Below are positions 11,124 through 19,912 of a stretch of 64,000 nt of DNA, piece after piece; the stretch's first letter is position 1; every line of letters starts with the position of its first letter. A program made the translations under genes and the position numbers. The stretch comes from Obrimoposthia wandeli. Its lineage: Eukaryota. Location: NCBI GenBank assembly GCA_977020255.1, contig CDROCS010004130.1, forward strand, positions 1-64,000. Reading direction: 5' to 3'. The notes under the pieces were generated by a model that had not been told where the DNA came from, searched no databases, and saw only the letters and a program-made list of their open reading frames with translations.

Positions 11124-13487
11124 ATGAAAAAAGTATTATTAGTTTTATTCTTAGGGTTTTATTTTTTAAATGTAAATTCTCAAATAGTTAGACAAGATAA
11201 ATCGAATGGTTTATATAAGAACGATACCACCTCTTTTAATAAGGAAGTAGAAATTCAACTTGATGGAGTAACTAAATATACTGATTACAAAATAATCTCA
11301 TTTAATAGAGATACCACGGTTATAGATACTACTTTAACATTAAAAAAAGATTTCAAATTTAATTATCTAAGAAAAGACAATTTCGAATTATTAGCCTTTC
11401 ATAATCAGGGCCAAACCTTTAATAAATTAGGGTATAATTTCACAAATAAATCTCTATTACCTTCAATTGGTGCAAGTGCTAAACATTATAACTATTTACA
11501 AGTTGAAGATATTTCTTACTATGAAGTACCAACTCCTACTTCTGAGATATTTTATAGAACTGGATTGGAACAAGGTCAAGCTTTAAATGCTTTTTTGACA
11601 ATGAATACATCAAGGCAGTTTAATTTATCATTAGCTTATAAAGGATTAAGATCTCTTGGAAAATATAGAAATTCTCTTTCAAGTCATGGAAATTTCAGAA
11701 CCACTTTTAATTATCATTCAAAAAATAAAAAATATTATTTAAGAGGGCATTTCTCTTCGTTTGATTTGTTAAATAATGAAAACGGTGGTTTACCTGAAAC
11801 ATCAATAGCTTATTTTGAAAATAATGACCCTAATTATATTGACAGAGGAAGATTAGATGTAAACTATACAGATGCCAATAATATGTTTGAAGGAAAACGT
11901 TACTACATTGATCAGCAAGCAACATTATTTTCTAAGAAAAACAAAATAGAAGAGCACAATAAGGAGATAGATTCTAAAATTAAGAGATATAATGCTGTAA
12001 TTAAGAAAATAGAAGGTCTTAAAAACGATTCTATTTCGGCACCTAAAAATTTAAGTGCAAAATCTGTTTCCAAAGCAAAGAAAAAATCAATTAAAAAACA
12101 AAAGGATTCAATAGTGCAATTGGATTCCATAAAGGTTAATAACATAGCTAAAATTGATTCTCTAGCTATAAAGGAATCATCTGTAAAGTTAGATTCAATA
12201 AAAAAAATAAATAGTATTAAGATTGATTCACTAATTAAAAAAGAACCACTTATTAAAAAAGATTCGATAAGTAAGCTTGACTCAATTTACAATGACTATC
12301 ACATAAAAATTGACTCTTTAAAGATGTTGGCAGCAACAATTAAAACGGATTCAACACAATTTATTCCACTAAAAGATAAAAGGTACTTTGATTCAAAAAT
12401 TGGTCATTCATTTATGTATGAAACCCAACATTACCGATTTAGACAAGATGCGTCTAATGCAATATTTGGAGACGCTTTTAACACTGGAAATATTGTTGAT
12501 CATACTTCATATCAAAAATTAGATAATCAAATCTATTTACAATTATTTTCACCTTATACCGGAACTTTAAAAGCCAAAATAAATTATTACAACTATAATT
12601 ATCATTACAATAGTGTTCTTTATTATAATGAAAACACAATTAATGATAAAATTAAAGGGAATGCAATTGTTGCTGGTGCAGAATGGAAAACCCAATTTGG
12701 AAAGGTGTATTTGAATGCTGATGCATCATCAATTATCTCGGGTGATATTACAGGAAGCGCACTTAAAGCTTCTGCAATGGTAAAAAAAGACAGCGTATTT
12801 AGTGTTAATTCTTTTGCCGAATTCACTTCTAAAACACCTGAATTTAACACGCTTCTATATCAAAGTGATTATAAAGAATACAACTGGCAAAACGATTTTA
12901 AGAATGAAGAAATTTCAACTATTGGTGTAGAATTTTCTTCAACTAAATGGGGAAGTTTAAGAGCAACTTATCATTTAATTGACAATTTTACTTATTTTAA
13001 TGAAAACTCGAAACCTGTACAGGCTAATGAGACATTAAATTATGTAAAAGTTAAAGCAAGTAAAGCAATCACTTATAGAAAGTTTACTTTGGACAATACA
13101 GTAATGTATCAAAATGTTTTAAAAGGTGAATCATTTTTTAGAGTTCCTCAGATAGTAACAAGAAACTCATTGTATTTTTCGAGTTACGTTTTTAAAGGTA
13201 AACCAATGTTTTTACAAACAGGTGTAACAGCGAAATATTTCACAGCATTTAAAGCCAATGCCTATAATCCTTTATTAAGTGAATTTGTATTGCAAGATGA
13301 AGCTGAAATAGGAAATTTCCCTATGGTTGACTTTTTTATAAATGCTCAAATACAACGAACGCGTATCTTTTTAAAAGTTGAAAACTTAAATGCAAGCTTT
13401 ACAGGTAGAACATATTATTCTGCCCCAAACTATCCTTACAGAGATTTAACTGTTAGATTTGGTGTTGTATGGAATTGGTTTATCTAA
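11124..13487 (+). CDS. Putative outer-membrane porin (Bacteroidota 'putative porin' family) with a ~145-aa Lys/Asp/Ser-rich insertion
   Basis: Signal peptide MKKVLLVLFLGFYFLNVNSQ, FHNQGQTFNKLGY, ENGGL, and C-terminal RFGVVWNWFI beta-signal. The start at 11124 is preferred over the track's TTG at 11058 because of the promoter position. Confidence 0.8.
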   Translation: MKKVLLVLFLGFYFLNVNSQIVRQDKSNGLYKNDTTSFNKEVEIQLDGVTKYTDYKIISFNRDTTVIDTTLTLKKDFKFNYLRKDNFELLAFHNQGQTFNKLGYNFTNKSLLPSIGASAKHYNYLQVEDISYYEVPTPTSEIFYRTGLEQGQALNAFLTMNTSRQFNLSLAYKGLRSLGKYRNSLSSHGNFRTTFNYHSKNKKYYLRGHFSSFDLLNNENGGLPETSIAYFENNDPNYIDRGRLDVNYTDANNMFEGKRYYIDQQATLFSKKNKIEEHNKEIDSKIKRYNAVIKKIEGLKNDSISAPKNLSAKSVSKAKKKSIKKQKDSIVQLDSIKVNNIAKIDSLAIKESSVKLDSIKKINSIKIDSLIKKEPLIKKDSISKLDSIYNDYHIKIDSLKMLAATIKTDSTQFIPLKDKRYFDSKIGHSFMYETQHYRFRQDASNAIFGDAFNTGNIVDHTSYQKLDNQIYLQLFSPYTGTLKAKINYYNYNYHYNSVLYYNENTINDKIKGNAIVAGAEWKTQFGKVYLNADASSIISGDITGSALKASAMVKKDSVFSVNSFAEFTSKTPEFNTLLYQSDYKEYNWQNDFKNEEISTIGVEFSSTKWGSLRATYHLIDNFTYFNENSKPVQANETLNYVKVKASKAITYRKFTLDNTVMYQNVLKGESFFRVPQIVTRNSLYFSSYVFKGKPMFLQTGVTAKYFTAFKANAYNPLLSEFVLQDEAEIGNFPMVDFFINAQIQRTRIFLKVENLNASFTGRTYYSAPNYPYRDLTVRFGVVWNWFI

Positions 13488-13495
13488 ATTAAATT

Positions 13496-14980
13496 TTAAT
13501 TAGTAGCTGCAAGTTTAGTTTTTGACAGCTGTCTGATTTTTATTTGAAAAGCTGCAAAAGTTAACGTCATAATTGGACTTAACCAGTTAAATATGGCATA
13601 AATAAAATAGCTTTCAACACCAACTCCTAATACTGTAGATTGATAAGCTCCACATGTATTCCATGGAATTAAGGCTGAAGTTACTGTTCCTGAATCTTCC
13701 AATGTTCTACTCAAGTTTTCAGGAGCTAAATCCTTTTCTTCAAAAGCATTTTTAAACATTTTCCCTGGAATAACAATTGCTAAATATTGATCAGAAGCAA
13801 GTATATTTAAACCTAAACAACTTACAACTGTACTTACAAATAATCCAAAGACTGAAGTCGCAATTTTTAATAATGAATCAGTTAGAACAACAAGTCCTCC
13901 TATTGCATCCATTATCCCTCCAAAAACCATTGCACAAATAATTAAAAATATTGTCCAAAGCATTCCTTTCATTCCTCCAGCACTAAATAATTCATTTAAT
14001 TTCTCATTTTCGGTCACAATTTCTGTATCTACAAAAATTGCATTTATAATTGAATTAATGTTCGAATTAGATATTCCACTTAATACATCTGATTGAAAAA
14101 TAAAAGCAAATATCGCTGCTAATATTACACCAGCACCTAAAGCTATTAACGGTTTTGTTTTTGTAAGAATTAAGGCGATTACTGCTAATGGTACAATGAA
14201 TAAATAAGGTGTTATATTAAATGTAGTTTTAATTGTATTTAACAAACCACTCACATCAGCATCTCCAGTTGTTTCAATATTCATACTAATAATACTAAAA
14301 ACAATTAAAGTTACCGTTATGGTTGGTACCGTTGTAATTGTCATATAACGAATATGCGTGAATAAATCCGTTCCTGCCATTGCTGGCGCTAAATTGGTAG
14401 TATCACTTAGTGGCGACATTTTATCCCCAAAATAGGCTCCCGAGATAACAGCTCCTGCAATCATTCCTGCTGGTATGCCTAATGCTGATCCAATTCCTAC
14501 CAAAGCAATACCAACAGTTGCAGAAGTTGTCCATGAACTTCCTGTAGCAATTGATATTAGTGCTGCAATTATTACTGATGCAGGTAAAAATATGGTTGGA
14601 TTTAAAACTTGAAGACCATAATAAACCATTGCCGGAATTACACCACTTACTAACCACGTTCCGGCCAGAGCTCCAACCAAAAACAAGATCATTATAGGTA
14701 AAAGAACACTTTTTAAATTTTCGATAACTTCCGTAATCATGGTTCCTATTTTCACCTTATTAAAGAATCCAACAATTGCAGTTATTCCTCCACCTATCAA
14801 TAAAATAAATTGATTCGAATATTCACCAAAAAACTCACCATCCGCATAAAAAATATTATAAGCCAACATTGTCATAAGCAACACTACGGGAATAAGTGCT
14901 TCAAATAAACTTAACTCTACATTTTTAATTATCTTTTGATCTTGTATTTCAATTTCGGATAAGTTCTTATTGTCTTGCAT
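13496..14980 (-). CDS. nhaC: Na+/H+ antiporter NhaC family
   Basis: ATGSSWTT, GAYFGDKMSPLSDTTNLA, SRTLEDSGT, IPWNTCG. Start placed at the ATG at 14980 (MQDNK). Confidence 0.92.
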   Translation of the reverse strand: MQDNKNLSEIEIQDQKIIKNVELSLFEALIPVVLLMTMLAYNIFYADGEFFGEYSNQFILLIGGGITAIVGFFNKVKIGTMITEVIENLKSVLLPIMILFLVGALAGTWLVSGVIPAMVYYGLQVLNPTIFLPASVIIAALISIATGSSWTTSATVGIALVGIGSALGIPAGMIAGAVISGAYFGDKMSPLSDTTNLAPAMAGTDLFTHIRYMTITTVPTITVTLIVFSIISMNIETTGDADVSGLLNTIKTTFNITPYLFIVPLAVIALILTKTKPLIALGAGVILAAIFAFIFQSDVLSGISNSNINSIINAIFVDTEIVTENEKLNELFSAGGMKGMLWTIFLIICAMVFGGIMDAIGGLVVLTDSLLKIATSVFGLFVSTVVSCLGLNILASDQYLAIVIPGKMFKNAFEEKDLAPENLSRTLEDSGTVTSALIPWNTCGAYQSTVLGVGVESYFIYAIFNWLSPIMTLTFAAFQIKIRQLSKTKLAATN

Positions 14981-15126
14981 TCTAAAATCTTTAGGATTGT
15001 AATGATACGCAAATTTGAAGCTAATTACAAATGAAAATTCAGGTGTCAAAAAGGAATTTCAATCAACAAAAAAAGGACGAAAGCCCACCTTTTAAAGATC
15101 TTTTTATAAAAAGAATAAATGAAGAT

Positions 15127-15600
15127 TTAATTTTTCAAGACAATTGGTAAAACAAATTCTGTTGTCACTGGCATATCTCTCTTAATTGCTGGTAACAATG
15201 TTGGTAATTTTAACAAGCTTACTTTTACGATACTATCAAATTCTGGTAACAATTCTTTTGTCTTAGTAGAAATTTGAATTTCAGACAAACTGGTTTTACC
15301 CATAGCATTCACTTTTAATTTTACCAAAACTGTATCATTTATTGCCTCTTTCGCATTTAACTGATATTCTTTTAATGAGCCATAAATATGCTGTGACAAT
15401 TCCATTTGAAAACAAATTTTTTGTTTCTCACGTGAAGGTATATCTTTACATTTAGGAAAAAGTGGAAAAGCATCAACAGTGTTAAAATCAACTATTGAAT
15501 CAACAACTTGAATCTGTTCTTTTTCATATTTATTTTCAAAATAAGAACAAGACACTATCAATAATGAACAAAAAAATGTCGTTAAACTTTGTTTCAACAT
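15127..15600 (-). CDS. Lipoprotein with TonB C-terminal-like domain
   Basis: Lipobox LIVSC; VDAFPLFPKC and C-terminal PAIKRDMPVTTEFVLPI resemble TonB_C. Confidence 0.6.
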   Translation of the reverse strand: MLKQSLTTFFCSLLIVSCSYFENKYEKEQIQVVDSIVDFNTVDAFPLFPKCKDIPSREKQKICFQMELSQHIYGSLKEYQLNAKEAINDTVLVKLKVNAMGKTSLSEIQISTKTKELLPEFDSIVKVSLLKLPTLLPAIKRDMPVTTEFVLPIVLKN

Positions 15601-15639
15601 ATATTTATATTTCCACAAGTGAAAATACAACATTTTCTT

Positions 15640-16896
15640 CTACTCAACAATTTCACCTTTAAGAAAGTATTCTTTTTTAATTTCAGTTATTCTCCTATTC
15701 GCATATTCTGTTAATTTCGGGCTCTTACCCTCAAATTTTTGAATATATCTTTGGTAATATTTTAAAGCTATTTTTTGATCTTTAAAATAGGAATCAGAAG
15801 CAAAAGCCAATTGAAATAAGGCATCTGAATTCTTATAATTATAACTCACAGCTTCCTTAAAATTCTTAACTGCAACTTTTAAGTTAAAGTCCTCTTTTTC
15901 TATAATTCCAGATAATAAATATTGCTTATCTAAATCTCCTTTTCCGTACATAATGGACTGCATTAAATAGATACGAGCCATTTTGATATTTTTCTGCTCA
16001 TAATATAAAGAACCAAGTCTATATAGTATTTTGGAATTGGTATAATCAATCTTAAGTGCTTTTTTAAAATAGGTCTCGGCCAATTCATAATCTTTCAATT
16101 TATAATAACACATACCAAACATTTCATAAGTTGAAGTGGATTTAAAGTTTAAACTATCCAACTTCGTTAATTGTTCAATTGTACCATCAAAATCTTTTGA
16201 GAAGTATAAAACATTTGCTTTTAATTGAATAAAATTGACATTTGTACTATCAATTTTTAAGCCTTTATTAATGAATAGCATTGTAGAATCTTTCATTCTA
16301 AGTTCTTTAAAAAACTTAGATAATCCATAAATACTTTTTAAATGTAATGTGTCAATTTTAAACGCATCCAAATAACTTTGCCCCATTGCTAAATTCCTAT
16401 TACGTTTCTCCAAACAGACTCCTATTTGGTATGGGTAATTAGGATTTAAACTATCCTTACCTTTTAAAAAACGAAATAATTTTTCAGCCTTTTTAGCTTT
16501 GTTTTTAGCTAAATATAATTTTCCTAAATTATGAGTAACTAATAAATTTGTTGTGTCATTTTTAATAATATCCTCGTAAATTAATATTGCCTTTGAAGTC
16601 AATCCTGTTGAATTAAAAGCAGATCCCAACTTAACTTTCAACTCTTCACTATCTTCTATAACAAGTGCTTTTTTATAAAATTCAATGGCCTTATTATAGT
16701 TTCCAATAGATTGATAAATAGAAGCCTGTTTATCTAGAACCTCAATAGTTTTCGGGTTTTCGTTTTCAAGATTAAATAGTGCTTCTTGATAATTCCCTTT
16801 TATTAATAAACTATCTACAACGCTAAAAACCGAAGATTGCGCTTCGGTTTTTAATGCTAGCATTATCAATAATAATGTAACAATACTCTTTTTCAT
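15640..16896 (-). CDS. Exported tetratricopeptide-repeat protein
   Basis: Signal peptide followed by repeated helical TPR units (e.g. YNKAIEFYKKAL, YELAETYFKKAL). Confidence 0.85.
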   Translation of the reverse strand: MKKSIVTLLLIMLALKTEAQSSVFSVVDSLLIKGNYQEALFNLENENPKTIEVLDKQASIYQSIGNYNKAIEFYKKALVIEDSEELKVKLGSAFNSTGLTSKAILIYEDIIKNDTTNLLVTHNLGKLYLAKNKAKKAEKLFRFLKGKDSLNPNYPYQIGVCLEKRNRNLAMGQSYLDAFKIDTLHLKSIYGLSKFFKELRMKDSTMLFINKGLKIDSTNVNFIQLKANVLYFSKDFDGTIEQLTKLDSLNFKSTSTYEMFGMCYYKLKDYELAETYFKKALKIDYTNSKILYRLGSLYYEQKNIKMARIYLMQSIMYGKGDLDKQYLLSGIIEKEDFNLKVAVKNFKEAVSYNYKNSDALFQLAFASDSYFKDQKIALKYYQRYIQKFEGKSPKLTEYANRRITEIKKEYFLKGEIVE

Positions 16897-16914
16897 AGTA
16901 ATTTTTAAATTGAA

Positions 16915-18654
16915 TTATTTTATTTTTTTTAAAATCATAATTATAACTCCATCTTTACCCTTCTTTCCATATTCCTTAACTGCCTCTTCACCTTTTAAAA
17001 CATTAATATTTTTAATTGCTTTAGAATCAATTTTATCTATTTCTTCTTTGGAGACCTCTTTACCATCTAAAATAAAAAGTGGATTTTTATTTACTCCACC
17101 ACTATTTAATATAACTTTTTCTCCATTGTTTTTATTTTGCTCATTACCTTCAACTTTAAATGCAATTGGTAAACTATACTTTACACCTACATTTCCCCCA
17201 TTATAAGTTCCAGGAATCATTTTTGGTAATAAATTAATAACTCTAAGAGCTTCTTCCGCTAATAACTGATGTGGCGCTCTAGATTTAGCGTCAGTAACAT
17301 TTCCCTCTTTATCTATTTTGAACATCACAAATATTCGTTTTAGGCCAGGGCTTAACCCTAAATTTTTAGACAAACTTGCATTGAAATTTTCACTCACGTG
17401 CTTAGTGATTTTCTCTTGTAAGCATTTTCTTAATTCTTCTTTAGTACCTTCACAACCTGGAAAAACAGGAACATTTTCAATTATTGCAAATGGTACATCT
17501 TCTCCTTCAACAAATTTCCATTCTTTCTTATAGTCATCTGCATTTTTATTTGTTTTAAGAAATCTAATCCGATCTCCATTATTATCAATAACTACTTGAA
17601 ACTTAAAAATTGAATTTTCAATATTAGAGGTCTTCCCATGCATTGTCTTTTCTTCATCTGTATAATCTTCAAAAGGAACAACTGTACCAGCCAAACTTTT
17701 CCCAACAAAAATTTTCCCTTCTTTCGTATCAAAATATTTCCCTTCCGTAATACTTTTATTTTGCTCTAATATGGCTTCCATTTCTAACAATTCATCTTTA
17801 GCAGCGTCAGTACAAGAAGAATAAATTAGCATTCCTAATAGTAAAGGCACTACTAACAAATACTTTAATTGTTTCATTTTTTGAGATCTTTCTTTTGTTA
17901 TCATAACTATTCTTTTTTTAATTAATGAGTGCTTAAAAAATTGATTGGTAAATGAAATACTTTCAACACTAAAAGTTTCAGACAATAGCTTATTGAAATA
18001 GGTTTTTTTATCAGTTTCCTTAACGACTTCAGCATCTGAAATATATTCGTGCAATACTGTAATTCGTTTTTGAAAAACATAAACCATTGGGTTAAACCAT
18101 AACACTATCTTCATGATTTCAAAAACCAATAAATCAATTGAATGTTTTTGCCTGCAATGCACCAATTCGTGCTGAATAATTTCAAGCTCTTTATTATCTA
18201 AATGTTGCTTATTAATAAATATATAATTGAAAAATGAGAAAGCAGACTGCTTAGTTTTTAATACAACTAAATTGTAGATGTCTTTTTTAACAACTTCATT
18301 TGAATTGATTAAGGTTATTATTTTAATAAGCTTAACTAAAAATAAAATTGAACAAATAATGACTCCTGCATAAAATATAGCTGCCATATAGTTAAACGAA
18401 GATGAATTTGAATTTACACCAATAATTATAGCTTCTGGATTTAAAAATACAGTTGGCATTTGCTCAATATATTCTTGTGGAACTGTTTGTTGAATACTTT
18501 CAAACTTTAATAATGGAATTATAAATGACAAAAAAGGTGTAATTAATAAATACCTTCTATTCCAATTAAAAAATGTTTCTTTTTGTAGAAAAAAATCATA
18601 CACTGCTAAAAACAATGCCTGAAATAAAATTACTTGTAGGATATAATTTATCAT
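16915..18654 (-). CDS. BlaR1/MecR1-like M56 metallopeptidase fused to a TonB C-terminal domain and a short plug-like tail
   Basis: N-terminal TM segments, HELVH zincin motif, WFNP, HEYISD, SLIKKRIVMI; ENVPVFPGC...MIPG...VKYSLPIAF (TonB_C); NPLFILDGKE...KYG-like tail. Confidence 0.88.
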   Translation of the reverse strand: MINYILQVILFQALFLAVYDFFLQKETFFNWNRRYLLITPFLSFIIPLLKFESIQQTVPQEYIEQMPTVFLNPEAIIIGVNSNSSSFNYMAAIFYAGVIICSILFLVKLIKIITLINSNEVVKKDIYNLVVLKTKQSAFSFFNYIFINKQHLDNKELEIIQHELVHCRQKHSIDLLVFEIMKIVLWFNPMVYVFQKRITVLHEYISDAEVVKETDKKTYFNKLLSETFSVESISFTNQFFKHSLIKKRIVMITKERSQKMKQLKYLLVVPLLLGMLIYSSCTDAAKDELLEMEAILEQNKSITEGKYFDTKEGKIFVGKSLAGTVVPFEDYTDEEKTMHGKTSNIENSIFKFQVVIDNNGDRIRFLKTNKNADDYKKEWKFVEGEDVPFAIIENVPVFPGCEGTKEELRKCLQEKITKHVSENFNASLSKNLGLSPGLKRIFVMFKIDKEGNVTDAKSRAPHQLLAEEALRVINLLPKMIPGTYNGGNVGVKYSLPIAFKVEGNEQNKNNGEKVILNSGGVNKNPLFILDGKEVSKEEIDKIDSKAIKNINVLKGEEAVKEYGKKGKDGVIIMILKKIK

Positions 18655-19022
18655 TTCTTAGCGTTTTTTTCATTAATTGCATCTAAAATCGTTCCAAGAT
18701 CATTTAAATCAACATCATTCTTCTTTACAAAAAATGAAACCATATTTTTAAATGAACCTCCAAAATAACCATCAACTAGTTTGTTTAAAGTCTGGTTGCT
18801 ATAATCCGTTTTCTTAATAAGTGGAAAATAAATATGACCTCTACCCTTTGCTTTGTGACCAACAAAATTCTTTGTTTCTAAAATTCTAATAATTGTAGAT
18901 ACTGTGTTATATGCCGGTTTTGGTATTGGTAATTTTTCAATAATTTCTTTTACAGAAGCTTCTTCTAACTCCCATAATACTTGCATTAATTGTTCTTCTG
19001 CTTTTGTTAATTGCTTCTCCAT
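18651..19022 (-). CDS. BlaI/MecI/CopY-family repressor
   Basis: LTKAEEQLMQVLW, AYNTVSTIIRILETK, YFGGSFKNMVSFF; ATGA overlap with the M56 gene. Confidence 0.93.
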   Translation of the reverse strand: MEKQLTKAEEQLMQVLWELEEASVKEIIEKLPIPKPAYNTVSTIIRILETKNFVGHKAKGRGHIYFPLIKKTDYSNQTLNKLVDGYFGGSFKNMVSFFVKKNDVDLNDLGTILDAINEKNAKK

Positions 19023-19027
19023 TTTTC

Positions 19028-19092
19028 AACTAAGTTTTTAGTTCAACAATACAAATATAACTAAATATTTAGTTTAAACTAATTTCTTAGTT
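19028..19092. promoter_or_regulatory. Triple palindromic operator AACTAA-N4-TTAGTT around the blaI-like promoter
   Basis: Copies at 19028-19043, 19059-19074 and 19077-19092. The minus-strand -7 element TATATTTG (19052-19059) lies between copies 1 and 2. Confidence 0.8.
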
Positions 19093-19156
19093 GAATAATT
19101 TAAATATTCAAATTAAAAGACTTTTAAATTATCTTTTGAATACATACATTTACCTA

Positions 19157-19666
19157 ATGGATATATTTCTTTTAATCTTAGGTTTTCTTTTAGCACTATT
19201 AGGTATCATTGGATCTTTTTTACCTGTGCTGCCAGGCCCACTAACAAGTTGGTTTGGATTATTACTACTACATTTAACAGAAGTAGTTCCAATGAACTGG
19301 ACATTTTTAGGAATTACTTTAGCCATTGCCGTACTAATATGGATTATAGATTATTTTATACCAGCAATGGGAACTAAAAAATTTGGTGGTACTCGTTATG
19401 GAGTTGTAGGAACAATGGTTGGTTTAATAGTAGGATTGCTATCCCCTATTCCCTTCGGAATAATAATTGGACCTTTTGTAGGTGCTTATATTGGAGAAAT
19501 GATAAATGATAGTAAAGATTCTAAACGAGCACTTAAAGCTGCTTTTGGTTCATTTCTTGGTTTTTTAACCTCAGCTTTCTTAAAATTTATTGCTGCAGTA
19601 ATTTTTACAGGATTGTATATTACTAAATTTTGGGAGTATAAAGCGCTGTTCTTCAGCTTCGAATAA
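19157..19666 (+). CDS. DUF456-family membrane protein
   Basis: GIIGSFLPVLPG, KKFGGTRYG, GPFVGAYIGE motifs. ATG at 19157 preferred over TTG at 19091. Confidence 0.85.
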   Translation: MDIFLLILGFLLALLGIIGSFLPVLPGPLTSWFGLLLLHLTEVVPMNWTFLGITLAIAVLIWIIDYFIPAMGTKKFGGTRYGVVGTMVGLIVGLLSPIPFGIIIGPFVGAYIGEMINDSKDSKRALKAAFGSFLGFLTSAFLKFIAAVIFTGLYITKFWEYKALFFSFE

Positions 19667-19683
19667 AATTATTGCTGTAAAAT

Positions 19684-19786
19684 AAAAAAAGCGTCCCGGT
19701 TTTTCGGGAAGCTTTCCATTGGTTTTAATCAAAAAACCTGACGCTATTAACGCCAAACAACACAACTAAACTGCATTAAATGCAGC
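19684..19786 (-). ncRNA. Candidate small RNA (~100 nt)
   Basis: Canonical minus-strand promoter (TTTG at 19816-19819, 18-nt spacer, TATATTTG at 19790-19797), two short internal hairpins and a minus-strand terminator (19684-19713) with no CDS between. The 5' end is approximate. Confidence 0.55.
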
Positions 19787-19867
19787 AGGCAAATATATAA
19801 CTTTTTCTTAGAATTCAAATAATAAATACTTTTTCTTTTAGAATTTTATATTTTTCTGAATTGGTTG

Positions 19868-19875
19868 TATCTTTG
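19868..19875 (+). promoter_or_regulatory. -7 element for lysS
   Basis: TATCTTTG, 37 nt before the ATG. Confidence 0.7.
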
Positions 19876-19912
19876 CAAATTGTAATTTATAATAAAAAGT
19901 AAAAAACGCATC

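Noticed and set aside
15066-15095. Possible minus-strand terminator (GGGC-TTTC-GTCC-T7) after the BlaI operon
   Set aside because: The stem is only ~4 bp with a G-U pair; too weak to list as a feature.
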